Source: Bacillota bacterium (lineage in GTDB: Bacteria > Bacillota > Bacilli > Bacillales > Cytobacillaceae). Taken from it: a stretch of 64,000 bases of DNA. Below the pieces are notes generated by a model. It searched no databases. It was not told the origin of the DNA and saw only the letters and a program-made list of their open reading frames with translations. Shown here in pieces: positions 39,138-51,914 of the stretch (position 1 is the stretch's first letter; every line of letters starts with the position of its first letter). The DNA is taken from positions 6,833 through 70,832 of the forward strand of contig JAUZPL010000012.1 in NCBI GenBank assembly GCA_030705955.1, written 5' to 3'. The translations under genes and the position numbers were made by a program.

Positions 39138-39986
39138 TTGAAGATTGAAAAGGTAATGGTTGTAGGAGCAGGGCAAATGGGGTCTGGAATAGCTCAGGTT
39201 TGTGCCCAAGGGGGATATCAAGTCATTCTAAATGATCTGAAACCAGAGTTTACCGAACGTGGATTAGGTGTAATCAATAAGAACCTTTCCAGGCAGGTAG
39301 AAAAAGGTAGATTGACAGATTCAGAGAAACAAGGAATTTTAGCACGTCTCACAACCTCAACAGACTTAAATGATGCTGGTGCGGTAGACCTCGTCATTGA
39401 AGCAGCCGTGGAAAATATGGAAATGAAGACAAGTATTTTCTCAAAGCTGGACAAAATTGCACCATCATATGCCATTTTAGCAAGTAATACATCGTCACTC
39501 CCCATTACGGAAATTGCTGCAGTAACGAAGCGTCCAGATAAGGTTATCGGTATGCATTTTATGAATCCAGTTCCTGTCATGAAGCTTGTTGAAATTATCC
39601 GTGGCTTAGCTACAGCAGATGAAGTTTACCAAGCCATTGAAGAAATGACAAAATCACTAGAAAAGGTACCTGTCGAAGTGAATGATTTTCCTGGCTTTGT
39701 GTCAAACCGCATTTTAATGCCAATGATTAATGAAGCCATTTATACCCTTTATGAAGGGGTTGCTTCTGTAGAGGCGATTGATGAGGTCATGAAGCTCGGG
39801 ATGAATCATCCAATGGGACCACTTACTTTAGCAGATTTTATTGGACTTGATACCTGTCTATATATTATGGAAACCCTCCACGAAGGCTTTGGAGATGATA
39901 AATACCGCCCATGCCCATTGCTTCGAAAATATGTTAAAGCAGGATGGTTAGGTAAAAAATCAGGACGCGGCTTTTATGCATATTAA
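39138..39986 (+). CDS. 3-hydroxybutyryl-CoA dehydrogenase (MmgB/Hbd-like)
   Basis: Start moved to TTG 39138 behind [19 protein letters not shown] Rossmann motif. Confidence 0.88.
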   Translation: MKIEKVMVVGAGQMGSGIAQVCAQGGYQVILNDLKPEFTERGLGVINKNLSRQVEKGRLTDSEKQGILARLTTSTDLNDAGAVDLVIEAAVENMEMKTSIFSKLDKIAPSYAILASNTSSLPITEIAAVTKRPDKVIGMHFMNPVPVMKLVEIIRGLATADEVYQAIEEMTKSLEKVPVEVNDFPGFVSNRILMPMINEAIYTLYEGVASVEAIDEVMKLGMNHPMGPLTLADFIGLDTCLYIMETLHEGFGDDKYRPCPLLRKYVKAGWLGKKSGRGFYAY

Positions 39987-40031
39987 AAAAGCCGCTTCAC
40001 GTAAGCATTCAATGGGTGGGGGGGTCACAAT

Positions 40032-41165
40032 ATGAATCTTACATTTACTGAAGAACAAAAAATGATGAAAAAAATGGTTCGTGATTTTGCTGTAAAGGAG
40101 ATTACTCCCTGTATTGAAAAGATGGAAAAGGATGAGTTTCCTCGTGAGGTTATTCGCAAGATGGGGGAATTAGGTTTAATGGGCATTCATGTGCCTGAAA
40201 AATACGGTGGTGCTGAAATGGATTTCACTTCTTACATCATTGCCATACATGAATGTTCAAAAGTAAGTGCAACAGTGGGGGTTATTCTCTCTGTCCATTC
40301 ATCTGTTTGTACGAATCCAATCCTCTATTTTGGTACGGAAGAACAAAAACAGAAATACGTAACCAAACTGGCATCTGGAGAATATTTAGGTGCATTCTGT
40401 TTAACCGAGCCTAATGCCGGGTCTGATGCAGGAAGCTTGAAAACAAGAGCAGTAAAGGATGGAGACCACTATATCATAAATGGGTCAAAAATGTTTATCA
40501 CAAATGGTGGTGAAGCGGATGTTTATCTTGTTTTTGCCTCTACAAATCCAGAGCTTCGAAGCAAGGGAATTTCTGCTTTCATCGTTGAAAAAAATACTCC
40601 CGGCTTCATCGTGGGCAAAAATGAAAAGAAGATGGGTCTTCATGGGTCAAGAACCGTACAGCTAACATTTGAGGAAATGAGAATACCTGTTCAAAACCTT
40701 CTTGGAAAAGAAAACGAGGGGTTTAAAATTGCCTTGGCTAATCTTGATGTGGGAAGAATCGGGATTGCAGCACAAAGCCTGGGAATTGCTGAAGCTGCAC
40801 TTGAGGCTGCAACATCCTATGCAAAGGAACGGCAACAATTTGGAAAAACTATTGCAACTCAACAAGGAATTGCATTTAAGCTTGCGGATATGGCAACAAA
40901 TGTAGAAGCTGCAAAACTATTACTCTATCGGGCGGCCAATTTGCGTGCCAACGGAGAAAAGTGTGGACAGGAAGCAGCTATGGCAAAATTATTTGCTTCA
41001 AGAACAGCAATGGAGACAGCGACAGAGGCCATTCAAATATTTGGCGGATATGGTTATACGGAGGATTATCCAGTAGAAAGATATTTTCGCGATGCAAAAA
41101 TAACGGAAATCTATGAAGGCACAAGTGAGATTCAAAGGATTGTCATAAGTAAAGGATTGTTTTAA
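40032..41165 (+). CDS. Acyl-CoA dehydrogenase (short-chain, MmgC-like)
   Basis: 377 aa with [11 protein letters not shown] and YEGTSEIQR motifs. Confidence 0.88.
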   Translation: MNLTFTEEQKMMKKMVRDFAVKEITPCIEKMEKDEFPREVIRKMGELGLMGIHVPEKYGGAEMDFTSYIIAIHECSKVSATVGVILSVHSSVCTNPILYFGTEEQKQKYVTKLASGEYLGAFCLTEPNAGSDAGSLKTRAVKDGDHYIINGSKMFITNGGEADVYLVFASTNPELRSKGISAFIVEKNTPGFIVGKNEKKMGLHGSRTVQLTFEEMRIPVQNLLGKENEGFKIALANLDVGRIGIAAQSLGIAEAALEAATSYAKERQQFGKTIATQQGIAFKLADMATNVEAAKLLLYRAANLRANGEKCGQEAAMAKLFASRTAMETATEAIQIFGGYGYTEDYPVERYFRDAKITEIYEGTSEIQRIVISKGLF

Positions 41166-41191
41166 ACACTCATTATCAGGAGGAAATAGGG

Positions 41192-42331
41192 ATGAACTTT
41201 AAACTATCAGAAGAACATGAAATGATTCGAAAAATGGTTCGTGACTTTGCCCGCAATGAGGTTGCACCTACTGCAGCACAAAGGGATGAAGAAGAGAAGT
41301 TTGATCGTGAAATTTTTAACCAAATGGGTGAACTGGGATTAACCGGTATCCCATGGCCCGAAGAATACGGGGGCATTGGCAGTGATTACTTAGCATATTG
41401 TATTGCTGTTGAAGAGCTTTCAAGAGTATGTGCTTCTACTGGTGTAACTCTATCGGCACATACCTCTCTAGCAGGCTGGCCTCTTTTTAAATTTGGAACA
41501 GAAGAACAAAAACAAAAGTATTTGCGTCCAATGGCTGAAGGAAAGAAAATTGGTGCTTATGGTTTAACAGAGCCAGGCAGCGGATCTGATGCTGGCGGTA
41601 TGAGAACAACTGCCCGTCTTGAAGGAGACCATTATGTACTGAACGGTTCAAAGATTTTTATTACAAATGGTGGAGTAGCCGATATCTACGTTGTTTTTGC
41701 CTTAACAGACCCAACCAATAAACAAAAAGGGACAACAGCCTTTATTATCGAAAAGGATTTCCCAGGCTTCTCTGTTGGGAAAAAAGAAAAAAAACTCGGC
41801 ATTCGTTCCTCACCAACAACTGAAATTATTTTTGAAGATTGCAAGGTTCCTGTTGAAAACCGTTTAGGCGAAGAAGGGCTGGGATTCAAAATTGCGATGA
41901 TGACCCTTGATGGCGGCCGTAACGGGATTGCTGCCCAGGCAGTAGGGATTGCCCAGGGGGCCTTAGATGCAGCAATTGACTATGCGAAAGAACGTCATCA
42001 GTTTGGAAAACCAATTGCTTCTCAACAAGGAATTGGCTTTAAATTAGCTGATATGGCGACAAGTATCGAAGCATCAAGACTATTAACCTATCAAGCCGCA
42101 TGGTTAGAATCCAATGGACTTCCATATGGAAAAGAATCAGCAATGTCAAAACTATTTGCTGGAGATACAGCCATGAAGGTAACAACAGAGGCTGTGCAAA
42201 TATTTGGCGGATATGGTTATACAAAGGATTATCCAGTGGAAAGATTTATGAGGGATGCAAAGATTACTCAAATTTACGAAGGAACACAGGAAATTCAGCG
42301 ACTTGTCATTTCAAGAATGATAACAAAATAA
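41192..42331 (+). CDS. Acyl-CoA dehydrogenase (butyryl-CoA dehydrogenase-like paralog)
   Basis: 379 aa with [11 protein letters not shown] and YEGTQEIQR motifs. Confidence 0.88.
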   Translation: MNFKLSEEHEMIRKMVRDFARNEVAPTAAQRDEEEKFDREIFNQMGELGLTGIPWPEEYGGIGSDYLAYCIAVEELSRVCASTGVTLSAHTSLAGWPLFKFGTEEQKQKYLRPMAEGKKIGAYGLTEPGSGSDAGGMRTTARLEGDHYVLNGSKIFITNGGVADIYVVFALTDPTNKQKGTTAFIIEKDFPGFSVGKKEKKLGIRSSPTTEIIFEDCKVPVENRLGEEGLGFKIAMMTLDGGRNGIAAQAVGIAQGALDAAIDYAKERHQFGKPIASQQGIGFKLADMATSIEASRLLTYQAAWLESNGLPYGKESAMSKLFAGDTAMKVTTEAVQIFGGYGYTKDYPVERFMRDAKITQIYEGTQEIQRLVISRMITK

Positions 42332-42357
42332 AGATTGAATTAAAGGCGGTAAAGCGT

Positions 42358-42996
42358 GTGAAGAAGCGGGAAGTAAAGGCATCTGTTAAGGATGAACGCT
42401 TAGTAGAAAAAAGACGGGATCAAATGATCAAGGGGGCTGTAAACCTTTTTAAACAAAAGGGGTTTCACCGGACCACAACAAGGGAAATTGCTAGGGAAGC
42501 TGGCTTTAGTATTGGCACACTTTACGAATATATTCAGACAAAGGAAGACGTCCTTTATCTAGTATGTGACAGTATCTATGATCATGTTCAAGAACGCCTT
42601 CAGGAGGACCTAGACCAAAAAGTAGGTACCCTACATAGCCTTCGCCTTGGAATAGCCTATTACTTCCGAGTGATGGATGAAATGCAGGATGAAGTGCTTG
42701 TCATGTACCAGGAGGCAAAATCACTGTCCAAGGATGCACTTCCCTATGTATTAAAAAAAGAGTTTGAGATGGTCAACATGTTTGAAAATCTGCTAACTCG
42801 ATGTGTAGAAAACGAAGAAATTCATTTAACGGAAAAACAAATCAACATGATTGCTCATAATATCTTTGTCCAAGGTCAAATGTGGGGATTTAGGCGCTGG
42901 GCGTTACAAAAAGCCTATACATTGGAAGAATATATTGAATTACAGACAGAGCTTTTATTTTCTGGAATAGAAAAAAGAACAGGGGGAAGAGGATGA
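42358..42996 (+). CDS. TetR/AcrR-family transcriptional regulator (FadR/YsiA-like candidate repressor of the cluster)
   Basis: Start placed at GTG 42358; the track ORF from 42100 overlaps the ACAD gene. [26 protein letters not shown]. Stop overlaps the icmF start (ATGA). Confidence 0.75.
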   Translation: MKKREVKASVKDERLVEKRRDQMIKGAVNLFKQKGFHRTTTREIAREAGFSIGTLYEYIQTKEDVLYLVCDSIYDHVQERLQEDLDQKVGTLHSLRLGIAYYFRVMDEMQDEVLVMYQEAKSLSKDALPYVLKKEFEMVNMFENLLTRCVENEEIHLTEKQINMIAHNIFVQGQMWGFRRWALQKAYTLEEYIELQTELLFSGIEKRTGGRG

Positions 42997-45900
42997 GCAC
43001 AATAGAAATATACAAGCCGAAGCATCATATCAGGTTCATCACTGCATCAAGCCTCTTTGATGGCCACGATGCCTCCATTAATATTATGAGGAGAATTCTT
43101 CAGTCAAGTGGTGCAGAAGTAATTCACTTAGGGCATAACCGTTCCGTTGAAGAGGTAGTGAATGCTGCTATTCAGGAGGATGTGCAAGGAATTGCAATTT
43201 CCTCCTATCAAGGCGGCCATGTGGAGTATTTTAAGTATATGTATGATTTATTAAAGGAAAAAGGAGCACCAAATATCCGTATTTATGGGGGCGGAGGAGG
43301 AGTGATTCTTCCAAGGGAAATAAAAGAGCTCCATGAATACGGAATGGCAAGAATTTTTTCCCCAGAAGATGGTCGAACATTGGGTCTTCAGGGAATGATT
43401 AATATCATGCTAAAAGAGTGTGACTTTTCGACGGTTTCATCAAACGCAGCAGAGCAAATTGAAAAACTCCAATCGGGTGACCGGAATGCAGTAGCAAAGC
43501 TCATTACACTTGCTGAGTTAAATGTCGATGAAAATGCGGAAACAGCGGCTGCAGTTGAAGCTGTTATGGAAAAAATAAAGCAATTATCAAAGTCCATTCC
43601 TGTTGTTGGAATTACAGGCACTGGTGGTGCAGGAAAAAGCTCCCTAACAGATGAATTAATCCGACGTTTTATTCAGGAGCTCCCTGAAAAGAAGATCGCT
43701 ATTTTATCCGTTGACCCAACGAAGCAAAAAACAGGCGGGGCCCTTTTGGGGGATCGTATTCGTATGAATGCTATTTTTCACTCCAATGTTTATATGCGCA
43801 GCCTGGCAACAAGATTATCAAAAAGTGAGCTTTCTTTGGCAATTAAGGATGCGGTGGCAGTTGTAAAGGCAGCTGGATTCGATCTTGTGATCGTAGAAAC
43901 GAGTGGAATTGGGCAAGGGGATGCTGGAATTACGGAAATTTGTGATGTTTCCTTATATATAATGACCAGTGAATTCGGTGCCCCTTCCCAATTAGAAAAA
44001 ATCGATATGATTGATTTTGCTGATTTAATTGTCATCAATAAATTTGAGAAAAAAGGCTCAGAGGATGCAAAACGTCAAGTACAAAAGCAATATCAACGCA
44101 GTCATATGCTTTTTGAAAAGGATTCATCTGAAATGCCGGTGTATGGAACGATTGCCAGCCAGTTTCACGATCCTGGAACAAATGCTTTATTTGCAGCTTT
44201 AATTGAAAAAATCAATGAGAAAACGGGTGCGAATTGGGAAACTTCTTTTCATAAAAATGCTCTTGTTGAAAAGCAAAATGTCATTATCCCCAATGATCGC
44301 CGTTACTATTTAAGAGAAATATCCGAAACAGTTCGAGGCTATCATCAAAAGGCAGAGGAGCAAGCAAATCTCGCTAGGAAATTATTCCAGCTTGAGGGAG
44401 CCATTTCAGCTGTTCTTGGTAATGAAGAAGTAGTTGCTGTACTAAACAAGATTAAACAAGAAACAGAAGCTAATTTATCACCTGAGTCGAAAAAAGTTTT
44501 GGATAATTGGGGAAAAACGCTTGAAGCCTATAGTGGGGACCAATTGATCACAAGAATTCGCGACAAGGAAATTATCACTGCTTTAAAAACAAAAAGCTTG
44601 TCTGGGTTAGATATTCCGAAAGTGGCCTTACCTAAATACAAGGATTATGGGGAAATTTTACGCTGGGTTTATAAAGAAAATGTACCAGGTTCTTTCCCGT
44701 ATACCGCAGGGGTATTTTCATTTAAAAGAGAAGGGGAAGATCCAAAGCGTCAGTTTGCTGGTGAAGGGACTCCTGACCGGACAAATAGAAGGTTCCACTA
44801 TCTATCAAAGGATGATCCTGCAAAGCGTTTAAGTACGGCCTTTGATTCTGTGACGTTATATGGGGAAGATCCCGATTATCGCCCAGATATTTATGGGAAA
44901 ATTGGAGAAAGTGGTGTCAGTATTTGTACATTGGATGATATGAAAAAACTGTATGCAGGCTTTGATCTGTGTCATCCATCCACATCGGTTTCTATGACTA
45001 TTAATGGACCGGCACCCATTATTTTAGCTATGTTTATGAATGCAGCCATCGAACAGCAGGTGAAGAAAAAAGAAGAAGAATGGAATCGTTCTTTAACAGA
45101 GGAAGAGCTTGCTAGGGTAAAAGCATACACACTTAAAACGGTTCGTGGAACTGTTCAGGCGGATATTTTGAAGGAAGATCAAGGTCAAAACACTTGTATC
45201 TTCTCAACTGAATTTGCCTTAAGAATGATGGGAGATATTCAACAGTATTTTATAGATCATCAAGTGCGCAATTATTATTCTGTTTCAATATCTGGGTATC
45301 ACATTGCTGAAGCGGGAGCTAACCCTATTTCTCAGCTAGCTTTCACACTTACCAACGGTTTTACGTATGTGGAGTATTATTTAAGCCGCGGGATGAAAAT
45401 TGATGACTTTGCACCAAATCTATCCTTCTTTTTCTCAAACGGTTTAGATCCTGAATACACAGTTATTGGCCGTGTAGCACGTAGAATTTGGGCAACCGTT
45501 ATGCGCAATAAGTACGGGGCAAATGAACGAAGCCAGAAATTAAAATACCATATCCAAACTTCAGGCAGATCCTTGCATGCGCAGGAAATTGATTTTAACG
45601 ATATCAGAACTACCCTTCAAGCATTAATGGCACTGCATGATAATTGCAATTCTCTTCACACAAACGCCTATGATGAAGCCATTACGACACCAACCGAGGA
45701 ATCTGTGCGCAGAGCCATGGCCATTCAAATGATTATTACGAAAGAACATGGCCTCACCAAAAATGAAAATCCGCTGCAGGGTTCCTTTATTGTAGAAGAG
45801 CTGACAGACCTTGTCGAAGAAGCTGTTCTGCAAGAATTTGAAAAGCTAAATGATCGCGGCGGAGTGCTTGGATCAATGGAAACACAATATCAACGTGGAA

Positions 45901-46250
45901 AGATCCAAGATGAATCGATGTATTATGAAATGAAAAAGCATTCAGGAGAACTACCGATTATTGGTGTGAATACGTATTTAAACCCGAACCCGCCATCAGA
46001 AGAAACAGTGGATAATATGACCATTGCCAGGGCAACCAAAGAAGAAAAGGAATGTCAGATTCAAAATGTAAAGGAATTCCAACAAAGAAATCAGGATGCT
46101 TTAGAGAAGGCGCTGCAAAGTCTAAAAGAAGTAGCTGTTCAAAATGGTAATATATTTGCAGAATTAATGGAAACTGTACAAGTGGCAAGTCTTGGTCAAA
46201 TAACAAAGGCTCTTTATGAAGTAGGAGGCCAATATCGCAGGAATATGTAA
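42993..46250 (+). CDS. icmF: Fused isobutyryl-CoA mutase IcmF (B12-binding domain, MeaB-like G-protein, mutase domain)
   Basis: 1085 aa. N-terminal B12 domain ([16 protein letters not shown]), P-loop [13 protein letters not shown]-terminal methylmalonyl-CoA-mutase-like barrel. Confidence 0.88.
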   Translation: MSTIEIYKPKHHIRFITASSLFDGHDASINIMRRILQSSGAEVIHLGHNRSVEEVVNAAIQEDVQGIAISSYQGGHVEYFKYMYDLLKEKGAPNIRIYGGGGGVILPREIKELHEYGMARIFSPEDGRTLGLQGMINIMLKECDFSTVSSNAAEQIEKLQSGDRNAVAKLITLAELNVDENAETAAAVEAVMEKIKQLSKSIPVVGITGTGGAGKSSLTDELIRRFIQELPEKKIAILSVDPTKQKTGGALLGDRIRMNAIFHSNVYMRSLATRLSKSELSLAIKDAVAVVKAAGFDLVIVETSGIGQGDAGITEICDVSLYIMTSEFGAPSQLEKIDMIDFADLIVINKFEKKGSEDAKRQVQKQYQRSHMLFEKDSSEMPVYGTIASQFHDPGTNALFAALIEKINEKTGANWETSFHKNALVEKQNVIIPNDRRYYLREISETVRGYHQKAEEQANLARKLFQLEGAISAVLGNEEVVAVLNKIKQETEANLSPESKKVLDNWGKTLEAYSGDQLITRIRDKEIITALKTKSLSGLDIPKVALPKYKDYGEILRWVYKENVPGSFPYTAGVFSFKREGEDPKRQFAGEGTPDRTNRRFHYLSKDDPAKRLSTAFDSVTLYGEDPDYRPDIYGKIGESGVSICTLDDMKKLYAGFDLCHPSTSVSMTINGPAPIILAMFMNAAIEQQVKKKEEEWNRSLTEEELARVKAYTLKTVRGTVQADILKEDQGQNTCIFSTEFALRMMGDIQQYFIDHQVRNYYSVSISGYHIAEAGANPISQLAFTLTNGFTYVEYYLSRGMKIDDFAPNLSFFFSNGLDPEYTVIGRVARRIWATVMRNKYGANERSQKLKYHIQTSGRSLHAQEIDFNDIRTTLQALMALHDNCNSLHTNAYDEAITTPTEESVRRAMAIQMIITKEHGLTKNENPLQGSFIVEELTDLVEEAVLQEFEKLNDRGGVLGSMETQYQRGKIQDESMYYEMKKHSGELPIIGVNTYLNPNPPSEETVDNMTIARATKEEKECQIQNVKEFQQRNQDALEKALQSLKEVAVQNGNIFAELMETVQVASLGQITKALYEVGGQYRRNM

Positions 46251-46257
46251 GGAATAG

Positions 46258-46288
46258 AACAATGGCTTTTTTCCAGCCATTGTTTTTC
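46258..46288 (+). terminator. icmF terminator
   Basis: AACAATGGC-N8-GCCATTGTT followed by TTTT. Confidence 0.75.
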
Positions 46289-46365
46289 GTTTACTAGAAG
46301 AAAGTTTTATTTTCCTATTTAATCATAATTAGTTAAAATAAATAGTAGAATACCCCGCATGGGAA

Positions 46366-46593
46366 ATGGGCAGGAGTAACCAAATGAAATTAACATATAT
46401 AATTGTGATATTACTTGTGTTTGCCTGGCCATTATCCTATCTTTATCAACTTCAATTAGGAGCAGTATCCTTTTTATTGTTGGCTATTTTCTTCCTAGTT
46501 GTTGCTGTAAAGGAGTCTAAAAAATATAATCGTCTTAAAGACCTAGATAAAAAACTAACAGAAAAGGAAAAATTCAAGCAAAACAGCAGATAG
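46366..46593 (+). CDS. Small two-TM membrane protein with Lys-rich tail
   Basis: 75 aa (or 69 aa from ATG 46384), hydrophobic N-terminal two-thirds. No recognisable family. Confidence 0.4.
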   Translation: MGRSNQMKLTYIIVILLVFAWPLSYLYQLQLGAVSFLLLAIFFLVVAVKESKKYNRLKDLDKKLTEKEKFKQNSR

Positions 46594-46702
46594 AACTAGC
46601 ATAAACGGCAATTATTTGTTTATAATGAAGAATATGTATTCTGGGAGAAAAAGCGTTTAACCACTCAAACCTTGAGTGTGAATAGAGAAAGGAAGTGCAG
46701 TC

Positions 46703-47308
46703 TTGAGTTTAAATCAATACTCAAAAGAGCAATTACAAGAGATGTCACTCATTGAAATTGCGTATGAATATTTAAAAAATAGTACACAAGCGGTAGCATT
46801 TAATCAATTAATCGGAGAAATCGCTGCAGCCTTGGAGCTTAGCGATGAAGTAGTAAAATCCAGAATTGCCCAATTTTATACGGATTTGAATATAGACGGC
46901 CGTTTTCTTGCAGTTGGTGAAAACCGTTGGGGACTTCGTGTTTGGTATCCAGTTGACACTGTGGAAGAAGAAGTGGTTATAACCGTTAAGGCGAAGAAGA
47001 AGAAGGCTAAGAAGGTTGTGGACGAAGACGATCTAGAGCTTGATGACTTTGATGAGGTAGACGAAGATTTAGAATATGAGGAATTAGACTTATTAGATGA
47101 AGACGATGATGATGTAGTTGAAGATGACTTCGATGAACTTGATGTGGATGATGATTTCGAGGAAGAGGACGAAGTCGTGGAAGACGCGGAGGAATTTGAA
47201 GATCTTGACGATGAATTAGAAGAAGATTTAGATGAAAGCCTTGAGGAAGACCTCGATAAGGACCTTGTTGAAGATCTTGATGAGGATTTAGAAGAGGAAG
47301 AAGACTAA
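46703..47308 (+). CDS. rpoE: RNA polymerase delta subunit
   Basis: Conserved HARE-HTH N-terminal domain (MSLIEIAYEYLK...) and a long Asp/Glu C-terminal tail. Confidence 0.9.
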   Translation: MSLNQYSKEQLQEMSLIEIAYEYLKNSTQAVAFNQLIGEIAAALELSDEVVKSRIAQFYTDLNIDGRFLAVGENRWGLRVWYPVDTVEEEVVITVKAKKKKAKKVVDEDDLELDDFDEVDEDLEYEELDLLDEDDDDVVEDDFDELDVDDDFEEEDEVVEDAEEFEDLDDELEEDLDESLEEDLDKDLVEDLDEDLEEEED

Positions 47309-47319
47309 ATGTAATCAGC

Positions 47320-47348
47320 TTGACTTTTTTAAGACCTGCTTGTAAAAT
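47320..47348 (+). promoter_or_regulatory. Putative pyrG sigma-A promoter
   Basis: TTGACT-17 nt-TAAAAT, with GGGCTCC starting 7-8 nt downstream (47356). Confidence 0.5.
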
Positions 47349-47392
47349 CATTTTTGGGCTCCTTAAAAAAGGAACGGTTCACTTAAAACTAA

Positions 47393-47428
47393 AGCTCTCC
47401 CTTACCTAGGTAGGTGGAGTGCTTTTTT
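47393..47428 (+). terminator. pyrG leader attenuator / rpoE terminator
   Basis: The pyrimidine-rich 5-prime arm AGCUCUCCCUUACC pairs with GGUGGAGUGCU and is followed by U6. Confidence 0.45.
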
Positions 47429-47606
47429 ATTTTTAGAATAAAAATATAGAACGATTCTTCTTAATTGGGATTAATCGGGTTATAAGAATGAATCGTTTTA
47501 CCTCCCCAACACCGATTGTGACAAAGTAAATAGTGTGAAAAATAATTTTCGCAAATTTGCCGTAAACAGATTAGATAATGTACAAACTGTAATTGAGGGG
47601 GAATAA

Positions 47607-49208
<1,602 letters not shown>

Positions 49209-49218
49209 GATGAGAAAA

Positions 49219-49262
49219 AGCCAAACCCAGTGCAAATTGCATAGGTTTGGCTTTTCTTTTTT
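49219..49262 (+). terminator. pyrG terminator
   Basis: AAGCCAAACC-N14-GGTTTGGCTT followed by TTCTTTTTT. Confidence 0.8.
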
Positions 49263-49379
49263 AGCTAATAGGAAAGAATAAATTTTTGAGACCAAAATTT
49301 ATTCTTTCCTAACGCATAAGGGCAACTACGCCTCTGTCTTCGCCCTTAGGGGCTCGCCAATCGGCGAGTTTTCTTTAAA
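49263..49379 (+). repeat. Structured intergenic repeat, family 1, full-length copy A
   Basis: AGGAAAGAATAAATTT-N9-AAATTTATTCTTTCCT hairpin, TAAGGGC-N18-GCCCTTA hairpin, CTCGCC-aatc-GGCGAG followed by TTTTCTTT. Homologous to 62573..62693 (inverted) and 56237..56291. Confidence 0.85.
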
Positions 49380-49908
49380 GGTCATATTCCGATAACATCT
49401 CATCAATTTCAAATTTTAACCCATAGTATACAAAAAGGGCGGCCATAGAATGGGGGAATCCAAAGCGGTTTCCAAATTCATCTGGAAGCAATCCTTTCGT
49501 TAACCTGAGGTCAATATGAACATCCGCAGAATCCGTTAAAGGGCTTTCTGCGTCTTCATCCTCAATCGTTGATATAGAAACAAATGGAATCCCCTTGTCC
49601 CAAAGGTTGGAAGCAAGCTCCTTTGCTTCATCATCGGTTGAATGTCGAGAAATAAGTAATACACGATCTGCCTCAGTTAATTCTTCAAACTGTGCTTTAT
49701 TTAAAGCCTTTGCACCCTTTAATGGCTCTGCCCCTTCGAGAGCTTCAACCTCTACCGCTTTCATTTCCTTTGTTCCAAAAATATAAATGATCCCGTCTCC
49801 TATTGGCGCCTGTGCAAGTAAACGTGCACCATCCTCTAAAGAAAACTCTTCATTCTCTAAAATTTTTTTAAACAAGCCCGTTAACTGGGTTGAAAATATT
49901 TTTAACAT
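49375..49908 (-). CDS. ywjG: DUF2529 protein (YwjG-like)
   Basis: 177 aa, syntenic between pyrG and spo0F. Confidence 0.7.
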   Translation of the reverse strand: MLKIFSTQLTGLFKKILENEEFSLEDGARLLAQAPIGDGIIYIFGTKEMKAVEVEALEGAEPLKGAKALNKAQFEELTEADRVLLISRHSTDDEAKELASNLWDKGIPFVSISTIEDEDAESPLTDSADVHIDLRLTKGLLPDEFGNRFGFPHSMAALFVYYGLKFEIDEMLSEYDL

Positions 49909-50091
49909 AAAAACCTCCTATATGGAACATTTGCATTTTTTATTATACACATTTTAGTGTCTAGTAACGAAATTATGTAAAATGTTACAATTTTACTAAG
50001 AATTAAAGGAGTTTTGAAAATTAAGTAGAAATATACCAAAGGGATTAGTACATAAATAAACTTTTAAGAAAAATGGGGAAGAGGTGGAGTT

Positions 50092-50463
50092 ATGAAAGAG
50101 AAAATATTAATTGTCGATGATCAATTCGGAATTAGAATTTTACTGAATGAGGTATTCCAAAAGGAGGGGTACAATACGTTTCAGGCAGCTAATGGAGTAC
50201 AAGCCCTTGATATTGTGAAAAAGCATGACCCCGATCTTGTTCTATTGGATATGAAAATCCCAGGTATGGATGGAATTGAAATTTTAAAAAGAATGAAAGT
50301 AATTGATCCAGATATACGGGTTATTATTATGACGGCCTATGGCGAATTAGATATGATCCAGGAAGCAAAGGAACTTGGAGCCATTACACATTTTGCGAAA
50401 CCATTTGATATTGATGATATTCGAGAAGCAGTCAGAAAGCATTTGCCTCAAAAAACAAATTAG
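50092..50463 (+). CDS. spo0F: Sporulation phosphorelay response regulator Spo0F
   Basis: 123 aa single receiver domain; [14 protein letters not shown]...[19 protein letters not shown] is close to B. subtilis Spo0F. Confidence 0.92.
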   Translation: MKEKILIVDDQFGIRILLNEVFQKEGYNTFQAANGVQALDIVKKHDPDLVLLDMKIPGMDGIEILKRMKVIDPDIRVIIMTAYGELDMIQEAKELGAITHFAKPFDIDDIREAVRKHLPQKTN

Positions 50464-50706
50464 GTAATGTTTAACAAATAAATAGTACCAACACTTGTTT
50501 ACGCTTTCATTATGACACTTAATAAAAATGCGTCTGATTAATGGCAATTCTTACTTCATTTTGGTATGATACATATGGACTTTTAATGGTTGTCTTTCTT
50601 TCATAATGAACGAGAGGTTCATACATATTCAGCAAAATTGAGGGAAAACCTTAATATGGAAAGCTCTTGTTTAGGAAGACAACGATAATACAAAGGAGGA
50701 AGAAAA

Positions 50707-51564
50707 ATGCCTTTAGTTTCAATGACTGAAATGCTAAAAAAAGCGAAAGCAGAAGGCTACGCTGTTGGGCAGTTCAATATTAATAATCTAGAATTTACAC
50801 AAGCAATTCTTCAAGCAGCCGAAGAAGAAAAATCACCAGTAATCCTTGGTGTTTCTGAAGGTGCAGGACGATATATCGGAGGCTTTAAAACCTGTGTTAA
50901 AATGGTTGAAGGCTTAATGGAAGATTTTAAAATCACGGTTCCAGTTGCAATTCACCTTGACCATGGTTCAAGCTTTGAAAAATGTAAAGAATCAATCGAT
51001 GCGGGCTTTACATCTGTTATGATTGATGCTTCACACCATCCATATGAAGAAAACATTGAAATCACGACAAAAGTGGTTGAATATGCACATGCAAAAGGAG
51101 TTTCTGTTGAAGCTGAATTAGGAACAGTTGGCGGACAAGAAGACGATGTTGTAGCAGATGGCATTATCTACGCTGATCCAAAAGAATGTGAAGATCTTGT
51201 GAAACGCACTGGTATCGATGCTCTTGCTCCTGCATTAGGTTCTGTTCATGGACCTTACAAAGGCGAACCAAAGCTTGGTTTTAAAGAAATGGAAGAAATT
51301 GCAAAAATAACTGGCCTACCTCTTGTACTTCACGGTGGAACAGGTATCCCAACAAAGGATATTCAAAAATCTGTTTCATTAGGAACAGCAAAAATCAATG
51401 TGAATACTGAGAACCAAATTGCATCTGCAAAAGTGGTTCGTGAAGTATTGGCTGCAAAACCAAATGAATATGATCCACGTAAATATTTAGGACCAGCTCG
51501 TGATGCTATTAAAGCTACCGTTATTGGTAAAATCCGTGAGTTTGGATCAGCTGGAAAAGCCTAA
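50707..51564 (+). CDS. fbaA: Class II fructose-bisphosphate aldolase
   Basis: 285 aa with HLDHG and VLHGGTG motifs. Confidence 0.93.
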   Translation: MPLVSMTEMLKKAKAEGYAVGQFNINNLEFTQAILQAAEEEKSPVILGVSEGAGRYIGGFKTCVKMVEGLMEDFKITVPVAIHLDHGSSFEKCKESIDAGFTSVMIDASHHPYEENIEITTKVVEYAHAKGVSVEAELGTVGGQEDDVVADGIIYADPKECEDLVKRTGIDALAPALGSVHGPYKGEPKLGFKEMEEIAKITGLPLVLHGGTGIPTKDIQKSVSLGTAKINVNTENQIASAKVVREVLAAKPNEYDPRKYLGPARDAIKATVIGKIREFGSAGKA

Positions 51565-51582
51565 AAAATATAAATCTCCATT

Positions 51583-51612
51583 AAAACCGCCCTTTAAAGT
51601 AGGGGCGGTTTT
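51583..51612 (+). terminator. fbaA terminator
   Basis: AAAACCGCCC-N9-GGGGCGGTTTT. Confidence 0.8.
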
Positions 51613-51914
51613 AACGCGTTAAAAAGAATTTGAAAATTTCGTCGAAAATAATCATGGAATGTAATATCCTGTTCTTGCCTTTATTTTTAGCATGAAGTGT
51701 CATTCCTTTAGGAATCCCATTCTATTTACTAGGAGGTTTTTTCCATTTTGTCGAAAATTTTTTAAATATCGATACATGAAAATTAGATTTTCGTGTAAAC
51801 TATAAATAGACAAGCTGTCGGAAAATGCCTTTTTGTATTGGTAAAAAATACCTAAAGCCTAATCCTTCGAATAACCATTCGTGACTTTGACATAAGGCTA
51901 GAAGGGAGTAGAAA

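Noticed and set aside
42100-42357. The N-terminal 86-aa extension of the TetR ORF given in the track.
   Set aside because: It overlaps the 3-prime end of the acyl-CoA dehydrogenase in another frame. The TetR HTH begins soon after GTG 42358, which has an upstream AAAGGCGG.
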